Assembly: GCA_044229975.1 (NCBI GenBank)
Contig: JBGARZ010000019.1
Coordinates: 96,001-160,000 of the forward strand
Length of the DNA stretch: 64,000 nucleotides
Source of the DNA: Polyangiales bacterium
Lineage (GTDB): Bacteria; Myxococcota_A; Polyangia; Polyangiales; Ga0077539
Direction: 5' to 3'
Shown: piece by piece, positions 9,038 to 17,243 of the stretch
How the letters are laid out: each line of letters opens with the position of its first letter
Position numbering within the stretch: position 1 is the first letter of the stretch
Made by a program: the position numbers and the translations under genes
Notes under the pieces: generated by a model
Database searches by the model: none
What the model was told of the DNA's origin: nothing
Seen by the model: only the letters and a program-made list of their open reading frames with translations

Positions 9038-10048
9038 ATGACCAACCAGGGACAAGACCTCGCGCAGTGGTTTCACCGCTCGCTCCTTCCGCCGGTGCTC
9101 GAAGCGGGTGAGGTGATCGGCCTCATCGGGAAGGCGACGTGCGACGGACCCGTCACCCGCGACGCCAGCGGCCGGATCGTCGGGCTCTTCAGCGGAATGA
9201 AGTGGGCGGGCCAGACCTCGGACGCCAACGCGGATGCGTTCATCGTCTTCACGTCGACGCGCGTCCTCCTGATGCCGGGCTTCGTGTTCATGAGCGAGCA
9301 CGGGCAGCAGAACATCGTCTACGGACTCAGCAGCATCCGCTGGTCGGCGGTCACGCGGATCAACGTTCCGTCCGAGGCGATCTCCGGGCAGAAGCGCTAC
9401 CTCAACCTCCACCTCTACGACCCCAGCAACCCCAACGGCTTCACCGTCGTGAAGCTCGCCATCTGGTTCAAGGACGACGGCATCGCGACGCAGCGCGACT
9501 TCTTCGATCGGGCCGCCGCCGTCGCCCAGGAGCGGGTGCAGTCTGCGCAGGCCGCGCGCGTCCCCGCTCCGCCGCGCGCGTGGGACGTCCTCTTCTGCAA
9601 CGAGATCAACGATCGACCCGACATGGACGCGCTGGCCGCCGTGAAGCGGGCCGAGCGCGCCGCGGCCCACGCGAAGCGCTACTCCCCGAAGAACGTCCTC
9701 CGCGCCGGAAGCGTCCTGGCGCTCCTGGCGGCGCTCGGTGCCGCGGGCGCCGCCGCGAACCAGTGGTCCGAACACATCGACTCCATCGACGACACGCGAC
9801 GGGTGCAGGACTCGCTCCGGCGCGAGGAGGGCCGCTCCTCCGCTCTCTCCCGCGCGGAGACGGAGTTCTATCGGCTTCGAGACGAGAACCGCCTCTCGTA
9901 CCTCCGCCGGAAGACCGACAAGACGATGGCGCAGGGCGTCGCCCTCTCGGTCGCGGTGGTCTCCCTCGCCGCGTTGTCCGCGTGGTTGTTCGTGCGCGCG
10001 AAGAAGCTGCCATCGACCGAAGCGGGAGCGGCCCTCGCTCCGGCGTAG
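9038..10048 (+). CDS. Hypothetical membrane protein (soluble N-terminal domain, two C-terminal TM helices)
   Basis: 336-aa ORF from MTNQGQ; FIVFTSTRVLL resembles bacterial PH-like domains (weak); TACCGT 6 nt upstream. Confidence 0.7.
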   Translation: MTNQGQDLAQWFHRSLLPPVLEAGEVIGLIGKATCDGPVTRDASGRIVGLFSGMKWAGQTSDANADAFIVFTSTRVLLMPGFVFMSEHGQQNIVYGLSSIRWSAVTRINVPSEAISGQKRYLNLHLYDPSNPNGFTVVKLAIWFKDDGIATQRDFFDRAAAVAQERVQSAQAARVPAPPRAWDVLFCNEINDRPDMDALAAVKRAERAAAHAKRYSPKNVLRAGSVLALLAALGAAGAAANQWSEHIDSIDDTRRVQDSLRREEGRSSALSRAETEFYRLRDENRLSYLRRKTDKTMAQGVALSVAVVSLAALSAWLFVRAKKLPSTEAGAALAPA

Positions 10049-10095
10049 GTGACGGGCGGTTCGCACGGACGGCACCCACGGCGTAGCGTCGCACC

Positions 10096-10620
10096 GTGAC
10101 CTCCCCACCGACCCGATCAGGTTCATCGCCCGCGCTCCTCATCGCAGGCGCCTTTGTCGTCGTGCTCGGTGGCATCGGCACCTGCGCGGCGTACTTCCTC
10201 GCGCCACGCGGCGAGCGCGTCGGCGCGATCGATCTCATCGCCCACGCTCCGATCACCGTGAACCTCGCCGCGCGGAGCAAGCTCTCCTTCCGCCTCGACG
10301 CGACGCTGCCGTCTCCGACCAACGAGCACAGCTCCCGATCGAAGCGCAACGCCGTCTACAACACGCTCGGCGAGTCACGGCTCGTGGTCACCGTGACGCG
10401 CGAAGGTGGTGCGCCGCAGGTGACCCGCTGTGCGGCGTACGAGGGGCGCTTCGTGTCGGCGAGCGACACCAACACCGAGGTCGCGGTGACCGGCATCCCG
10501 CTGACGTGCGCGATCGATGACGCGAGCCCCGGGCGCTACACGATCACGGCGCAGGCGACCTGGGCGCGTGGCGTGACGGCGCGGCGGGCCTCGTTGGAAG
10601 TGCGCGCAGAGTCGCGCTGA
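10096..10620 (+). CDS. Hypothetical membrane-anchored protein
   Basis: N-terminal hydrophobic helix followed by a beta-rich domain; TAGCGT 6 nt before the GTG. Confidence 0.7.
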   Translation: MTSPPTRSGSSPALLIAGAFVVVLGGIGTCAAYFLAPRGERVGAIDLIAHAPITVNLAARSKLSFRLDATLPSPTNEHSSRSKRNAVYNTLGESRLVVTVTREGGAPQVTRCAAYEGRFVSASDTNTEVAVTGIPLTCAIDDASPGRYTITAQATWARGVTARRASLEVRAESR

Positions 10621-10651
10621 GGTCTATCCTGCGCCGACGAAGGGCGCTCGA

Positions 10652-12919
10652 TCAGTCGCAGGTGGAGGCCGCGCAGACGGCGGGCGGCGCCTCGGGGCAG
10701 CGGCCGTCGACGAGCTGGATCGCGTCGAAGTCCGCGGTGCCCGGCGACCCGGCGACGAAGATCTCGGTCTTCAGCACGACGTGCGTGTAGCTCGGCATCG
10801 TGAACTCGCGCGCATACCAGTGCCACTGCCCGTCGGGTCGCACCGGCGACACCGGAACCGCGAAGCCCGACGGGTAGCACTCGTTGCCGATGAGCCAGTG
10901 TTCGGTGCCGACGGTGCCGCTCGCGTTGGAGGCGTTGATGCCGAGGAAGGGCTGGGTGCTGGCGCTCCCGCGGATCCACGCCGACAGGCAGTACACCTGC
11001 CCCGCCCGCACCGGGATGCCCGCGCGCGTGAAGGTGCGCCCGCCGCTGAAGAGAACCGTCTCCCGCATGAACGGCCCGCGGCACGCGCTGCCATCGCTCA
11101 TCACGACGATCGGCCCGCCGTCGACCGTGCGCCACGCCGTGGTGGTGTCCCAGGGCTCGACGAAGGCCTGGGTGCCGCACACGTTGCAGGCGCTCCCCGA
11201 GCACGACCGCGTCGGCAGGCAGGTGTTGCTCTCGCAGACGCCGTAGGTGCACGTGGTGTTCGTCGGGCAGACGTTGCCGCACGCGCCGCAGTTGGCGTTT
11301 TCGGTGTTGAGGTTGCGGCACACGCCGCCGCAGTTGCGCTCGCGGACGCCGCAGCACAGCCCCGCCTCGCACTGCCGACCGCTCGCGCAGGCGTTGTTGC
11401 ACGCGCCGCAGTGGGTGGCGCTGGAGAGCGGGTCGACCTCGCAGCCGTTGCTCGCGACACCGTCGCAGTCGAGGTAAGCCCCGTCGCAGGTCAGGCCGCA
11501 CGCGCTGCCCGCGCAGGTCGCGGTGCTACGGGCGCCCATCGGGCAGACGCGCGCGCACATCCCGCAATGAGCCACCGTGGTGCGGGTGTCGATCTCGCAT
11601 CCGTTGCTCGCGTCACCGTCGCAGTCGGCGTAGCCCGCGTCGCAGGTGAAGGCGCACGTCCCGCCGCCGCAGGTGGCGGTGGCGTTGGCGCGCGCCGGGC
11701 ACGCTCCGCCGCAGCGTCCGCAGTGGGCGGTCGACGACCCGAGGGTCACCTCGCAGCCGTTGGTCGCGTCGCCGTCGCAGTCGCCGAAGCCGTCGTTGCA
11801 GCGCAGACCGCACGCGCCCGTCGCGCAGGTGGCCGAGGCGTTGGCGGGCGTCGGGCACATGGTTCCGCACGCGCCGCAGTGGGTGAGCGTGATGCGGGTG
11901 TCGACCTCGCAGCCGTTGCTCACGTCGCCGTCGCAGTTGGCGAAGCCGTCCGCGCAGGAGCTCACGCCGCACACGCCCGCGACGCAGGCTGCGGTGCCGC
12001 TGGCGACCATGCAGGTGTTGCCGCACGTTCCGCAGTGGGTGGCGTCGGTGGCGAGCGTGACCTCGCAGCCGTTGCTCGGGTCACTGTCGCAATCGGCGAA
12101 GCCCGCGTTGCAGGCGTAGGCGCACGCGCCCGTCGCGCAGCTCGCGGTGCTGTTGGCGCGGGCGGCGCACGCCCTGCCGCAGCCGCCGCAGTGCATCACG
12201 TCGGTGGAGGTGTCGGTCTCGCACCCGTTGCTCGCCGCGCTGTCGCAGTCGCCGAAGCGGCCGGTGCAGGTCGCGACCGCGCACGCTCCGCCGACGCAGG
12301 CCGCGGCGCCGTTGGCGATGGCGCAGGCCATCCCGCAGCCGCCGCAGTGGGCGGTGTTGCTCTGCGCGTCGACGCAGGCGCCTGTGCAGCAGGTCGTGGC
12401 CGCGGGGCAGGCTTGCGTGGGGCTGCACCCGGCGACGCACTCGTTGCCCGCGCACACCCGACCCGCCGGGCAGTGGGCGTCGGTGGTGCAGGCCACGCAC
12501 TGGCGCGTGGTGGTGTTGCAGCGAAGGGAGGACGCACCGCCGTCGTCGCCCGCGCGGGCGCACGCCGCGTCGTCGCGACAGCCCGCGACGCAGCGGAAGG
12601 TGGCGCCCTCGCAGTACTGGCCCGACGGGCAGGTGTCGGTGGCGGGGGTGCAGGTCACGCAGCGCCCCGAGGCGACGTCGCAGGCGAAGTAGCCGAGCTC
12701 GTGGCCGCGGCAGTCGTCGTCGCGGTTGCATCGCAGGGTGCCCGCGTCGACGGGCGGTCGGTCGACGGGCGGGATGTCCATGCCGGTGTCGAGCGCGACG
12801 TCGAGGCCGAGGTCGGTGCCGACATCGGCGACGGCGGCGTCGTCGGGTGGGCCTCCGACGACGGAGCGGCCCGCGCAACCGAGCGCCATCAGCGCGACCA
12901 GCAGGAGTGTTTGGCGCAT
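10652..12919 (-). CDS. Cys-rich repeat lipoprotein (Stig1-like repeats) with a putative C-terminal carbohydrate-binding-like domain
   Basis: Lipobox ALGC and Asp-rich linker; 6 units of (D/N)CDxxxxNGCE...HCGxCxxxC; C-terminal YCLSAWIRG...WHWYAREFT...FDAIQL. Confidence 0.85.
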   Translation of the reverse strand: MRQTLLLVALMALGCAGRSVVGGPPDDAAVADVGTDLGLDVALDTGMDIPPVDRPPVDAGTLRCNRDDDCRGHELGYFACDVASGRCVTCTPATDTCPSGQYCEGATFRCVAGCRDDAACARAGDDGGASSLRCNTTTRQCVACTTDAHCPAGRVCAGNECVAGCSPTQACPAATTCCTGACVDAQSNTAHCGGCGMACAIANGAAACVGGACAVATCTGRFGDCDSAASNGCETDTSTDVMHCGGCGRACAARANSTASCATGACAYACNAGFADCDSDPSNGCEVTLATDATHCGTCGNTCMVASGTAACVAGVCGVSSCADGFANCDGDVSNGCEVDTRITLTHCGACGTMCPTPANASATCATGACGLRCNDGFGDCDGDATNGCEVTLGSSTAHCGRCGGACPARANATATCGGGTCAFTCDAGYADCDGDASNGCEIDTRTTVAHCGMCARVCPMGARSTATCAGSACGLTCDGAYLDCDGVASNGCEVDPLSSATHCGACNNACASGRQCEAGLCCGVRERNCGGVCRNLNTENANCGACGNVCPTNTTCTYGVCESNTCLPTRSCSGSACNVCGTQAFVEPWDTTTAWRTVDGGPIVVMSDGSACRGPFMRETVLFSGGRTFTRAGIPVRAGQVYCLSAWIRGSASTQPFLGINASNASGTVGTEHWLIGNECYPSGFAVPVSPVRPDGQWHWYAREFTMPSYTHVVLKTEIFVAGSPGTADFDAIQLVDGRCPEAPPAVCAASTCD

Positions 12920-12986
12920 GAGCCGACGGTGCCGACATCGCGCGAGGTGCGTCAAGGATCGGCGCAGGTCGACGTCGCCCGACCTG

Positions 12987-13697
12987 CTACCAATCGCGCC
13001 AGTCAAACGCGAAGGGGGTGGCGACGCGACGTGTGTCGAACGGCGCCCTTGTGCCCAGGCGCAAGAACACGCGGCCGTCGAACAGGTGTTGTGCATGGAC
13101 CCAGATGCCGTCGCCCCGCAGGCATGCCTCTCGCGGGTTCCCTTCGGGCATCGTTTCGAGACCGGCCGACACGAGACCGGCAATGATCGCGTCGAAGTCG
13201 GCCTTGTTGCCCGTCATCGCATGGAACCGATACGGGCAGCGAGCGAGCTCCATCGTGACGAAGACGCCGCACATCAACATCGACGAAAAGGAGTGACACA
13301 GCAGGCGGGGGTTGCCTCCCTCGTCGAGCAGATGGACCGCGGGGTCGTCGCCGTCGTCGAGAAAGACCGCGTAGAAGCAGGTCTGCATTCCGTCTGCGCC
13401 GAAGAGCAAGACGCGTCGACCGTCGTGCGTGAAGTCGATCCAGTCCAACGACCATGCTTCGGCGTCGGCGAATGAGACGTCCATTTCTCCATTGAACAAT
13501 CCCGCCAGCGGGCGCCGTCCCATCAGACTCCAATATTCCCTCAAGGTTGCGGGTAAGGGTGCGCCGAGACGCTGCTGGAAATCGTCCAGATCGCGCTCCG
13601 CGACTCCCGCCGCGTCCGGACCGTCATGCTCGGGGGACAACACCGTCAGGCGGTCGACGAATCTCTTCAGGACGACGACGTGAGTGGGCACTGGCAT
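12987..13697 (-). CDS. SMI1/KNR4 (SUKH) family protein, putative immunity protein
   Basis: GVAERDLDDFQQRLGAPLPATLREYWSLMG and DDPAVH...SFSSML motifs; visibly lower GC than its flanks. Confidence 0.75.
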   Translation of the reverse strand: MPVPTHVVVLKRFVDRLTVLSPEHDGPDAAGVAERDLDDFQQRLGAPLPATLREYWSLMGRRPLAGLFNGEMDVSFADAEAWSLDWIDFTHDGRRVLLFGADGMQTCFYAVFLDDGDDPAVHLLDEGGNPRLLCHSFSSMLMCGVFVTMELARCPYRFHAMTGNKADFDAIIAGLVSAGLETMPEGNPREACLRGDGIWVHAQHLFDGRVFLRLGTRAPFDTRRVATPFAFDWRDW

Positions 13698-13945
13698 CAA
13701 CCCGACGCGGCTTGTGGCGAGAGTTGTTCGGAGCTGAACAAGCCGCTTCGTGGAGAGGTACCGCACGAAGACTGGCAGCGTCAGGGGCGCTCCCCCTCGC
13801 TCACGCTCTGGGTCTGGCTCCAGGTTCTGGGACGTCTCGGTCGAACCGCGCGTCGGACCAGCGGGTTTCAGGTGACCAACCGACCCGATGAGGGCCTCGC
13901 GGCGCTCCGTCGCTGAGCCGTTCACCGAGCGGGCGTCGCGGCTCG

Positions 13946-14386
13946 TCAGGGTGAGCAGGCGGAGCTTCGCGGCAGGGGCATCGGGACGTGGAAGCGCACC
14001 TCGCGCGTGCCGTCGGTGAGGACATAGTCGCCCTCCGGCAGAGGCCCGGGCGTGCACTCCACGATCGGCGCAGAGCAAGCGGGAGGAATGGGGCCCGAGG
14101 GACAGTCGACGTCGACGGTGATGTGCCCTTGAACGCGCAGGGTGTTGCCCTCGCGCAGGACCGAGCAGGAGCTCGCCACCAACGTGTCGCAGATCGGGCG
14201 GCACCGCTGCGACAGAGAGACACCGATCGAGACGCGCGTCGGTTGGTCGGTCACCAACGCCAGCCCTCCTGCGACGAAGCCGTTGGCCACGACGCAGATC
14301 TGATCGAGGGTGAGCTCCTCCCTCCTCGGGCCGCAGGCGAGGAGCGCGGCGAGCGGAACGATCAATCGAAGCGTCGCGGGCGTCAT
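13946..14386 (-). CDS. Hypothetical Cys-containing lipoprotein
   Basis: MTPATLRLIVPLAALLAC lipobox; starts 5 nt after the upstream stop. Confidence 0.75.
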   Translation of the reverse strand: MTPATLRLIVPLAALLACGPRREELTLDQICVVANGFVAGGLALVTDQPTRVSIGVSLSQRCRPICDTLVASSCSVLREGNTLRVQGHITVDVDCPSGPIPPACSAPIVECTPGPLPEGDYVLTDGTREVRFHVPMPLPRSSACSP

Positions 14387-14391
14387 GGGAC

Positions 14392-14928
14392 TCAGCGACA
14401 CACCCCCGAATACCGGCTCACGTACTCGTAGCGGGGACAGTCCGTCGAGCTGCCGCGGCACTGCCCGGAGAGCGTGCACCAGTTGCAGCTCTGGCTGGAG
14501 GAGATGCACGCGGCGCAGCCCGCAAGCGGGGTGCAGATGACCGAGCCGCAGGTGTCGCTGTCGGTCACGCGCGCGCCGGTGCACGGGTCACCCGCGGGCT
14601 GGCAGGTGTTGCTGGTCACGCACCATGCGCAGGTCTGGAGGGCGTTGCCGCACGAGCCACACGTCCGGAGGGCGCGGCAGTTGTCGGGGTCGGGACCCTC
14701 GCAGGTGGCGAAGCGCCACATGGGACAGGCGGCGCCCGTGGGGCCGAGGGAGGTGCCCGGCTGGCAGGTGTTGGTGCCGAGACACCAGCCGCAGCCCTCG
14801 CGGTCGGCGCAGGCGTCGCAGGTGGTGGCGCCGGTGCAGTCGGCGTCCGTTGGCTGGATGAGGCAGCCGACGTCGCCTGCGAGCCCGCCGAGGAGACCGA
14901 GGACGACGACGAAGGGAGACGCGCGCAT
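14392..14928 (-). CDS. Secreted Cys-rich protein with three PSI (plexin-semaphorin-integrin)-like repeats
   Basis: Signal peptide; three CxxxxxCxxCxxxxx(x)CxWCxxxxxC units (CGWC, CAWC, CNWC). Confidence 0.75.
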   Translation of the reverse strand: MRASPFVVVLGLLGGLAGDVGCLIQPTDADCTGATTCDACADREGCGWCLGTNTCQPGTSLGPTGAACPMWRFATCEGPDPDNCRALRTCGSCGNALQTCAWCVTSNTCQPAGDPCTGARVTDSDTCGSVICTPLAGCAACISSSQSCNWCTLSGQCRGSSTDCPRYEYVSRYSGVCR

Positions 14929-14930
14929 GC

Positions 14931-16793
14931 TCACCACCCGAACTCCACCGAGGCGCTGAAGAGTCGCAGTGGAGTGTCCGCGCCGCGTTGGACCTCCTGC
15001 CATCCGAGGCCCGCCAGGATGCCGCCGACGTGGATGAAGCCTTCGAGCCGGTACGACGCCGCCGTGAAGGTCGAGCGGTTCTCCGCGTAGACCCAGCCCG
15101 GCGTGTAGAGCACCCGCGCGACGCCGCGCACCGAACGCCCGATGGAGACCTGCGCCCCGACGGCGGCATCGGCGTGTGCGGCCACCTCGCTGCGCCACGT
15201 CCCGATGTCCGCGCCGAGGCCGAGCATCGGGCTCACCCGCACCAGCGCCGGGCCGAAGTCGGCGACGTTGACCATGAAGCCCGCGCCGCCGGTGAAGCCG
15301 TTGAAGGTCGAGGCCTGCGGCGAGTCATCGATGACGCCGGCCAGTCGCAGTTGGAAGTGAACGCGCGAGGGCGTCGGGCGCGCCATGCACGCGCCGTTGC
15401 TGCACATGTTGCCGGCGCCGCAGGCCGCGTCGTTCTGGCAGAGGTTGGGGGCCACGCAGACGCCGGTGTTGAGCGAGCACGCGAGGCCGGGCGCGCAAGG
15501 GTCGCCCATGCAGCACGCCTGCCCGAGGCCGCCGCAGATCGATCGGTGCTCGATCATGTCCATCGCCGACAGAACGTCGTGCGCGAAGGGGTAGTGGCGT
15601 CGCACCGTCGGGTCGTCGGCCTGCGCCTGCCGACAGAGCGACACCATCAACTGGAACATCCCCGTCACGCGGCGCTGGTCGTCGGGCGGGAGCTGGTCGA
15701 CCTCGGCGACGGCGCGGTCCTCCAGCATGATCATCACCATGTTCCAGAGGTTGGCGGCGATGAGCACGCGCACCGGGGGCGTGGTGGCGCGCCGCGAGAG
15801 CTGCTCCAGGTGGCGGTTGACGTTCTCGTCGAACATCAGCCCCCAGGAGCCCGCCCGCACGATGTCGGTCACGAGCTGCGCGACCTCCTGCACCGACGCG
15901 ACCTGATCGGCGGGGAAGGCCTCGACGGGCGCGGCCGTGAGCTGCCCGCGCGCGGCGTTGAGCACCGTCTGGATCGGCTCGATGAGGGTGATGCCCTGCG
16001 CGCCGTGGGTGGGGTCGGCGCCCTGGCTGACCACCCCGAGGAGGTGGCCGTCCGCGTCGATGATGGGGCCGCCCGAGTTGCCCGGGTTGAGCGACATGGC
16101 GAGCTGCACGCGGCCGTCGTCGTTGACGCGGCTCACCTCGCCAGAGGTCGCAGCGGGCGTGCGCTCGCGCGCCTCCAACGGGTAGCCCGAGGCGGAGACG
16201 CGCTGGAGCATCTGGAGCGGCGGCGCGGTGGCGGGGAGCTCGACGAAGTCGGTGAAGGTTCCGGGCACCGAGAGGAAGGCCACGTCGTGGTCGCGGTCGA
16301 CGAAGAGCACCCGCGCGGGGAGCGCCTGCGCGGCGCCGGGGAGCAGCACCGCGAGCACGTCGGCGTTGGTCACGACGTGGCGCGCCGTGAGCACGATGCC
16401 GTCGCCGCGGACCATCACCCCGCTGCCGTGCGAGACGTCGGGGACGGCGACCAGACGAACGCGCCCCGATCGGTCGCCGCGCACCTGATCGGACGAGACG
16501 CCGTGCAGGGCGACGATGCGAACGGTGGCCCGATCGATGGGGCGCAGGGCCATCACCGCGGGCGAAGGAACGGGCGCGTCCGAGATGGGCGGATTGACGG
16601 CGTAGACCTGAGTCACGACGGCGGGAGTGGTCGGCGCGGAAGCGGGGGGCGTCGCGGCGGGGGTTGCGGGGGCAGGCTGCCGTCGCGGCGCAGGCGGTCG
16701 TCGCGGTTGGGCCGACGCGAGCACGGGCGCGAGGGCGACGCACAGCGCCACCCGGAGGGTCAGCGACCGAGAAGCCGCACGAAGGAGACGCAT
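14931..16793 (-). CDS. Trypsin-like (S1C) serine protease with a Cys-rich segment and a putative C-terminal outer-membrane beta-barrel
   Basis: Signal peptide; GSG, LTARHVV (His), DVAFL (Asp) and GNSGGP (Ser); ~150-aa alternating beta-strand C-terminus ending SVEFGW. Confidence 0.85.
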   Translation of the reverse strand: MRLLRAASRSLTLRVALCVALAPVLASAQPRRPPAPRRQPAPATPAATPPASAPTTPAVVTQVYAVNPPISDAPVPSPAVMALRPIDRATVRIVALHGVSSDQVRGDRSGRVRLVAVPDVSHGSGVMVRGDGIVLTARHVVTNADVLAVLLPGAAQALPARVLFVDRDHDVAFLSVPGTFTDFVELPATAPPLQMLQRVSASGYPLEARERTPAATSGEVSRVNDDGRVQLAMSLNPGNSGGPIIDADGHLLGVVSQGADPTHGAQGITLIEPIQTVLNAARGQLTAAPVEAFPADQVASVQEVAQLVTDIVRAGSWGLMFDENVNRHLEQLSRRATTPPVRVLIAANLWNMVMIMLEDRAVAEVDQLPPDDQRRVTGMFQLMVSLCRQAQADDPTVRRHYPFAHDVLSAMDMIEHRSICGGLGQACCMGDPCAPGLACSLNTGVCVAPNLCQNDAACGAGNMCSNGACMARPTPSRVHFQLRLAGVIDDSPQASTFNGFTGGAGFMVNVADFGPALVRVSPMLGLGADIGTWRSEVAAHADAAVGAQVSIGRSVRGVARVLYTPGWVYAENRSTFTAASYRLEGFIHVGGILAGLGWQEVQRGADTPLRLFSASVEFGW

Positions 16794-16932
16794 GGACACC
16801 TCTGCAGACGCGCCCCGAGATGAGGCCCCGTTCCCGCGTGAGATGTCGTTACTTCAACGCAGAGCGACGGGTCAACCCGTCGGGGAGCTCGGTAGTGTCC
16901 TTGGTTGAGGCCCAGTGTCCCACGTTGAGAGT

Positions 16933-17183
16933 CCGCGTCGCTCACGCCGGAGTTCACCGTGCCGTCCCCGCGCTCACCGCGCTCGGTTCACTCCGGGCTA
17001 TTTCACGCGGATCGCCCCGCCCGAAGCGGGGCTCAGGCGGCTCTTGCTGCGGTGGTGGGTTCGCCCAGGATCGGATTCACGGAGCCCCGCTCCGGGCGGG
17101 GCGATCCGCGTGAAATAGCCCGGAGTGAACCGAGCGCGGTGAGCGCGGGGACGGCACGGTGAACTCCGGTGTGAGCGACGCGG
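16933..17183. repeat. Long inverted repeat (REPIN/MITE-like hairpin element)
   Basis: 102-nt arms at 16933-17034 and 17082-17183 with 2 mismatches and a 47-nt spacer; each arm holds an inner palindrome GCCCCGC-N5-GCGGGGC. Confidence 0.92.
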
Positions 17184-17243
17184 GTGTCCTGCTTTGACGG
17201 GCGCACGAGAGTCAGTGTCGCAACGCGGACACCACCGCAAGTT

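Noticed and set aside
11395..12360. Regularly spaced DNA repeats (TCGCAGCCGTTG...) that could suggest a CRISPR array; also at 39500-40940
   Set aside because: They are in-frame ~140-bp coding repeats with synonymous variation. There are no unique spacers and no cas genes.
12987..14204. ORF-track long versions and apparent fusions (405-aa SMI1, 1200-aa VWA, 697-aa GroEL, 825-aa FtsI, 523-aa esterase, 858-aa coiled-coil)
   Set aside because: The N-terminal extensions overlap neighbouring real genes in other frames. Starts were reset using signal peptides, SD sites and stop/start coupling.
16865..16882. Short palindrome CGACGGG-TCAA-CCCGTCG upstream of the protease gene
   Set aside because: A single 7-bp GC-rich stem could arise by chance; no second copy seen.
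16915..17240. Small ORFs across the long inverted repeat
   Set aside because: Both strands give mirrored peptides (SSPCRPRAHRARFTPGYFTRIAPP) because of the palindrome; no SD or coding signal.
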